DNA of 19,982 bases from Candidatus Eiseniibacteriota bacterium (GTDB lineage Bacteria; Arandabacterota; Arandabacteria; Arandabacterales; Arandabacteraceae), in assembly GCA_043810925.1 (NCBI GenBank), contig JBDRNT010000023.1, positions 1 through 19,982 on the forward strand, written 5' to 3'. Shown here in pieces: positions 16,043 through 19,982 of this stretch (position 1 is the first letter of the stretch; the number at the start of each line of letters is the position of its first letter). A program made the position numbers and the translations under genes. Under the pieces are notes generated by a model that saw only the letters and a list, made by a program, of their open reading frames with translations, made no database searches and was not told where the DNA came from.

Positions 16043-18409
16043 ATGAGGATAATCCTGATTGGGGTCTTTGTGGCGGTAATCGCATTGCAGGTAGCAGCGT
16101 TTAGCCAAACAATCGACTTTGAGACTCTGCCAGATGGCTCTCCTGTGACAGACGGAATGCTGATAACTGACCAATATAGTGACACACCATATGGCGTAAC
16201 GTCCGAGATGATAGGGGGAGATGGACGCCCAAATATAATATACATACTTCTTGATGATTGGCGGTGGGACATGTATAAGCATCCTACCTTAGAAACACCA
16301 ACCATAAATGAATTAGTTGAAGAAGGAGTATCTTTCAGAAATTCTTTTGTAACCACCCCCATATGCGCTGCCAGCAGGGCTTCTATCTTTACTGGATTGT
16401 ATGAACGCACGCATGAGCATAATTTCGAATTAACCCCAATTGTAGATGAGTATGTACATAATAGTTATCCAGTAAAGCTAAGAAAAAGCGGATACTACAC
16501 CGGGTTTATCGGAAAGTATGGAGTTTTATGGAATTTTGAACCAAGGGATTTATTCGATGAATGGTATCCTGAGGATATGACGCCAGATTACAAGAAGGAT
16601 ACAGATGGAGACCGCATTAGAGATACACACTTAACTGAAGTAATGACTAAACAAGCAACAGAGTTTATTGAACAAAATTCCAACAAAACCTTTTCCTTAT
16701 CAATTAGTTATTGGGCCCCCCATACTGCCCCCGCTACTCAACAATTCTTCTGGCCTAGTACAGTTAACGATACTCTTTATGCAGACAGTATTATTCCAAA
16801 TCCAAGATTATCAAGCAGTGAATTCTTTATGACAATGCCTGATTTTTTTCAGAGAAACAACATAATGAGGGAAAGGTGGTATTCGAGATTTAATGATTGG
16901 GAAGATGATGAATGTGAGACTGAGACTTTATATGATTGTGCTGAATCAAAGTATCAATCAATGATAAAGGGCTATTATCGTATGATTACTGGTGTAGACA
17001 ATAGTATCAAAGAAATACTAGATGAATTAAAGAACCAAGGAATTGAGAATAATACTGTGATTATTATTGAAGGAGATAATGGTTTTTTCTTAGGTGAAAG
17101 AAGGTTTGCCGGCAAATGGCTTCCACATGAGGAATCGCTTAGAGTGCCATTTATTGTGTATGACCCAAGAAATACTGATATGAAAGGGATCGTGAGGGAC
17201 GAGATTGTGCTAAATGTTGATGTTGCGCCAACGTTGTTAGACCTAGCAGGTATTCCTATTCCTCCATCTTACCAAGGGAGAAGTGTTGTGCCACTTTTTT
17301 ATGGCAACCAAATATCAGACTGGAGGACAGATTTCTTTACAGAACATTTGATACCCTGTGAGGGTGACTTTAATTCATTAATAATCTATGAAGGAGTAAG
17401 ATCAGAGGATTGGATGTATGCCAAGTATCCGGATTATAGATCAGATGGAAGTTTTCCACGACGGCAACAATGGGATGTTGATAATGAAGATTACTATGAA
17501 GAGTTATATGATATTAGTAATTGTGATAAAAATGACAATTCATATGTTGTTAATCTTGAAGATGACTGCGAGGAGGTCAATCTTGCATATAATGATGATT
17601 ATTCAAGTATCCTAAACCAATACAGACAACGAACAGACGAACTGAAATATCAATACCTTCCTCAAAAAGTAGATAACAGATATCGTGAAGCTTTAATATC
17701 GTACTCTTGGATACCAGATGAAGATGATATGGACACGTGGCATCTTGAAGGGTGGGCTTTTCGGACAGATTCGAAAGATTATCTTGGATCTACGTCCCGG
17801 TCTGATAATCCTGGTGCTAAGGCAAGTTTCAAATTTAAGGGGTCTTCGATTAAAGTAGTTGTTAGAAAGGTACCCTACGGAGGAAAGGCCAATGTATATA
17901 TTGATGATCATTTGGTAGCAGAGAATTTAGATACTTATTCTCCAACTCAAATCTTTCAATCTGAAATTTATGAAGAACGTCTCCCTTGGGGAGAACACAA
18001 AGTTGCAATAGAAGTAACCGGTAAGAAAGATCCAAATTCATTAGGTGAATACATTCTGTTTGATTATTTTGAGATTGGATCAAGAAGGCCCTTCAAAGTG
18101 AGCCAGGCTCTCTCACCACCTGAGAACCCACAAGGCTATGCCTTGATGCAGAATCGTCCCAATCCGTTCGATATGACCTCGCTCGTAAGGTTTGACCTGC
18201 CGGAGCTTTGTGTGGTACGCCTCTTGGTCTACGACGTCAGTGGCAGGCTCATGAGAGTCCTAACTGACGAGAGATGGCCTGCGGGACGGCACTCGGTAAC
18301 TTGGATGGGGGACGATGAGTGGGGCAACACGGTAGGCCCGGGCGTTTACTTCCTGCGTATGGAGGCAGGTGACTACACTGATACAAAGAAGATGGTTCTG
18401 GTTGAGTAG
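16043..18409 (+). CDS. Secreted formylglycine-dependent (S1) sulfatase with a jelly-roll/CBM-like domain and a FlgD-Ig/T9SS-type-A-like C-terminal domain
   Basis: Signal peptide from ATG 16043, RPNIIYILLDD, CAASRASIFTG (Cys-type CxxxR), GFIGKY, WAPH, GDNGFFLGE, GKWLPHEESLRVP. Jelly-roll ASFKFKGSSI...GGKANVYID...FDYFEI. Tail QNRPNPF...VYDVSGR...GVYFLRMEAG...KKMVLVE. The track's extension to 15818 looks spurious. Confidence 0.92.
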   Translation: MRIILIGVFVAVIALQVAAFSQTIDFETLPDGSPVTDGMLITDQYSDTPYGVTSEMIGGDGRPNIIYILLDDWRWDMYKHPTLETPTINELVEEGVSFRNSFVTTPICAASRASIFTGLYERTHEHNFELTPIVDEYVHNSYPVKLRKSGYYTGFIGKYGVLWNFEPRDLFDEWYPEDMTPDYKKDTDGDRIRDTHLTEVMTKQATEFIEQNSNKTFSLSISYWAPHTAPATQQFFWPSTVNDTLYADSIIPNPRLSSSEFFMTMPDFFQRNNIMRERWYSRFNDWEDDECETETLYDCAESKYQSMIKGYYRMITGVDNSIKEILDELKNQGIENNTVIIIEGDNGFFLGERRFAGKWLPHEESLRVPFIVYDPRNTDMKGIVRDEIVLNVDVAPTLLDLAGIPIPPSYQGRSVVPLFYGNQISDWRTDFFTEHLIPCEGDFNSLIIYEGVRSEDWMYAKYPDYRSDGSFPRRQQWDVDNEDYYEELYDISNCDKNDNSYVVNLEDDCEEVNLAYNDDYSSILNQYRQRTDELKYQYLPQKVDNRYREALISYSWIPDEDDMDTWHLEGWAFRTDSKDYLGSTSRSDNPGAKASFKFKGSSIKVVVRKVPYGGKANVYIDDHLVAENLDTYSPTQIFQSEIYEERLPWGEHKVAIEVTGKKDPNSLGEYILFDYFEIGSRRPFKVSQALSPPENPQGYALMQNRPNPFDMTSLVRFDLPELCVVRLLVYDVSGRLMRVLTDERWPAGRHSVTWMGDDEWGNTVGPGVYFLRMEAGDYTDTKKMVLVE

Positions 18410-18456
18410 ATTGCTGAGCAGGTGTCTTAGCTCAGGGGCGGGTAGGAAGCAGAGCA

Positions 18457-18484
18457 AGTTGACACGATACTTATTATGAACAGA
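18457..18484 (-). other. Degenerate dif-like (XerC/XerD) recombination site
   Basis: Minus strand TCTGTTCATAA-TAAGTA-TCGTGTCAACT has the 11-6-11 layout; compare E. coli dif GGTGCGCATAA-TGTATA-TTATGTTAAAT. The inner XerD-arm bases deviate (TCG for TTA). Confidence 0.45.
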
Positions 18485-18523
18485 TGAAGCACTTCCCGAT
18501 TCGAACCAAACGGAGTTACGGAC

Positions 18524-19838
18524 GAGAGTGTAAGATATCTTGTGTAAATGGCTATAGTGTATACTCAGACAAAGGAGAGACTCTATGGCCAAGCAAGATC
18601 CCACCGACAATCTGCTGGATGAGCTTTTGGCTGGCAAGAATCCCGAGGAGATCCTCGGCAAGGATGGGCTTCTCGATGATCTGACCCGCCGCCTGGTTAA
18701 TCGTGCGCTCGAGGGCGAGATGACTCACCACCTGGGCTATCCGCCTCACTCCCCTGCCGGCCAACACAGTGGCAACTCCCGGAACGGCAAGACAACGAAG
18801 ATCGTTAAGGGTACGACGGACGAGATGGAGATCGTGGTCCCTCGGGATCGCAACGGCGCCTTCGAGCCTGAGTTGGTGAAGAAGCACCAGCGGCGGTTGC
18901 CGGGTTTCGATGACAAGGTGGTCGCGCTTTATGCGCGCGGGATGACGACTCGGGAAATCACCGGGCACTTGAAGGAGCTCTACGGCGTGGACGTATCACC
19001 GTCTTTGATCTCAGCGGTCACGGATACGGTGATCGAGGACGTGAAGGCGTGGCAGGGCCGTCCCTTAGATGCGGTCTATCCTATAGTCTATCTGGATGCG
19101 ATTCACCTTAAGATGCGCTGTGAGGGCCAGGTGCACAACCAGGCGGTCTATCTGGCTTTGGGTATCAATCTGGACGGCTACAAGGAACTCCTCGGGCTGT
19201 GGATCGGCGAGAGCGAGGGCTCGAAATTCTGGCTTGGGGTGTTGACTGAGATTAAGAACCGGGGAGTAGAGGACATCTTGATCGCCTGTGTGGATGGCCT
19301 GAAGGGCGTTCCCGAGGCGATCGAGACGGTCTATCCCAGGACCGAGGTCCAGCTGTGTATCATTCACCTGGTACGTCACTCACTTCGCTTCGTGAGTTGG
19401 AAGGAGCGAAAGAGAGTGGCGGCCGACCTTCGGACGATCTACACGGCGGCTACGGCGGAGGCCGCCGAGCAGGCGCTCGAGGCTTTCGAGAAGAAGTGGC
19501 AGGGGCGCTTCCCATCGATCGCCAGGTCATGGCGGTCCAACTGGGTGCATATCATTCCGTTCTTCTCCTATCCGCCGGCGATCCGCAGGGTGATCTACAC
19601 CACCAATGCGATCGAATCGATACAGGCGCAGCTTCGAAAGGTCACCTCGAACCGGGGTGCCTTCCCGAGCCCGGAGGCGGTACGCAAGATCCTATATCTT
19701 GCAATCGAGCGGATATCGAAGAGATGGAAACGGCCGATCAGGGACTGGGTGGCAGCCCTCAACCATTTCTCGGTCGTGTTTGAAGGAAGGATCCCGGAGT
19801 AGGCAATGAGTCATTTACACAAAAAACTGGACAGTCTT
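18524..19838 (+). mobile_element. IS256-family insertion sequence, 1315 bp
   Basis: Left end GAGAGTGTAAGATATCTTGTGTAAATG (18524-18550) and the reverse complement of the right end AAGACTGTCCAGTTTTTTGTGTAAATG (19812-19838) match at 19 of 27 positions and enclose a full transposase. No flanking direct repeat seen. Confidence 0.9.
18585..19802 (+). CDS. IS256-family (Mutator-type) DDE transposase
   Basis: NSRNG, VPRDRNGAFEP, LYARGMTTREI, YPIVYLDAI, CVDGLKG, QLCIIHLVR, YTTNAIES. AAGGAG RBS; reading frame intact at 405 aa. Confidence 0.97.
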   Translation: MAKQDPTDNLLDELLAGKNPEEILGKDGLLDDLTRRLVNRALEGEMTHHLGYPPHSPAGQHSGNSRNGKTTKIVKGTTDEMEIVVPRDRNGAFEPELVKKHQRRLPGFDDKVVALYARGMTTREITGHLKELYGVDVSPSLISAVTDTVIEDVKAWQGRPLDAVYPIVYLDAIHLKMRCEGQVHNQAVYLALGINLDGYKELLGLWIGESEGSKFWLGVLTEIKNRGVEDILIACVDGLKGVPEAIETVYPRTEVQLCIIHLVRHSLRFVSWKERKRVAADLRTIYTAATAEAAEQALEAFEKKWQGRFPSIARSWRSNWVHIIPFFSYPPAIRRVIYTTNAIESIQAQLRKVTSNRGAFPSPEAVRKILYLAIERISKRWKRPIRDWVAALNHFSVVFEGRIPE

Positions 19839-19982
19839 CGGGATCAATGGATAGCCATAGAACTCCCCAAGTCACTCAGAATCATAGATGAGAAGACCTT
19901 CCGCCTGGCCCAGAAGCAAATGGAGAGCAACGCGGTACAGTCGCCCAGGAATGTGAAGCATCAGTATCTCCTGAGGGGCATG
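19839..19982 (+). pseudogene. Large serine recombinase (integrase) fragment, 5'-truncated at the IS256 end
   Basis: My translation from the first base after the IS is RDQWIAIELPKSLRIIDEKTFRLAQKQMESNAVQSPRNVKHQYLLRGM. This resembles the end of the recombinase domain (WI...P.II....F..AQ) and the YLL.G lead-in to the zinc ribbon. No matching 5' half lies left of the IS. Confidence 0.72.

Noticed and set aside
18484-18684. 66-aa ORF MKHFPIRTKRSYG..., possibly the 5' part of the recombinase
   Set aside because: No RBS, it reads into the IS end, has an in-frame stop shortly upstream and shows no serine-recombinase catalytic motif (YxRVS).
95-19809. Many overlapping antisense or alternate-frame ORFs in the track (e.g. 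2067-2687, 3573-4214, 6571-7176, 10591-11193, 18552-18968)
   Set aside because: They shadow well-supported genes in GC-rich sequence and have no recognisable motifs.
1-19982. CRISPR array, tRNA, rRNA or known riboswitch
   Set aside because: I saw no regularly spaced repeats, cloverleaf or recognisable aptamer. A covariance-model scan was not possible.

Overview
Bacterial window, mostly moderately GC-rich. The secreted sulfatase ends in a FlgD-Ig/T9SS-type-A-like tail, which suggests an FCB-related lineage such as Latescibacterota, Eisenbacteria or Krumholzibacteria (inference only). (1) 1-8004 is a patchwork of small accessory genes: a partial lipoprotein missing from the ORF track, a methyltransferase-SRPBCC fusion, a 2H phosphoesterase, a TPR lipoprotein, an amidohydrolase, a GNAT, a PEGA protein, a second methyltransferase and two small membrane proteins. 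(2) 8099-15431 is a coherent minus-strand envelope module: Omp85/BamA-TamA barrel, DUF4390-like protein, NtrY-like kinase and a sigma54 response regulator, followed by an outer-membrane beta-barrel and a lipoprotein. Each of these last two genes has its own sigma54 -24/-12 box and a tandem TGT-N11-ACA enhancer-like pair. This is the best candidate for an undescribed system. (3) 16043-18409 is a mosaic secreted sulfatase, with an AT-rich catalytic core sitting in frame between GC-richer signal and sorting modules. (4) 18457-19982 is a mobile-element edge: a degenerate dif-like (XerC/D) site, an IS256 with no target-site duplication, and a 5'-truncated large serine recombinase. All calls come from reading motifs by eye; no searches were run.
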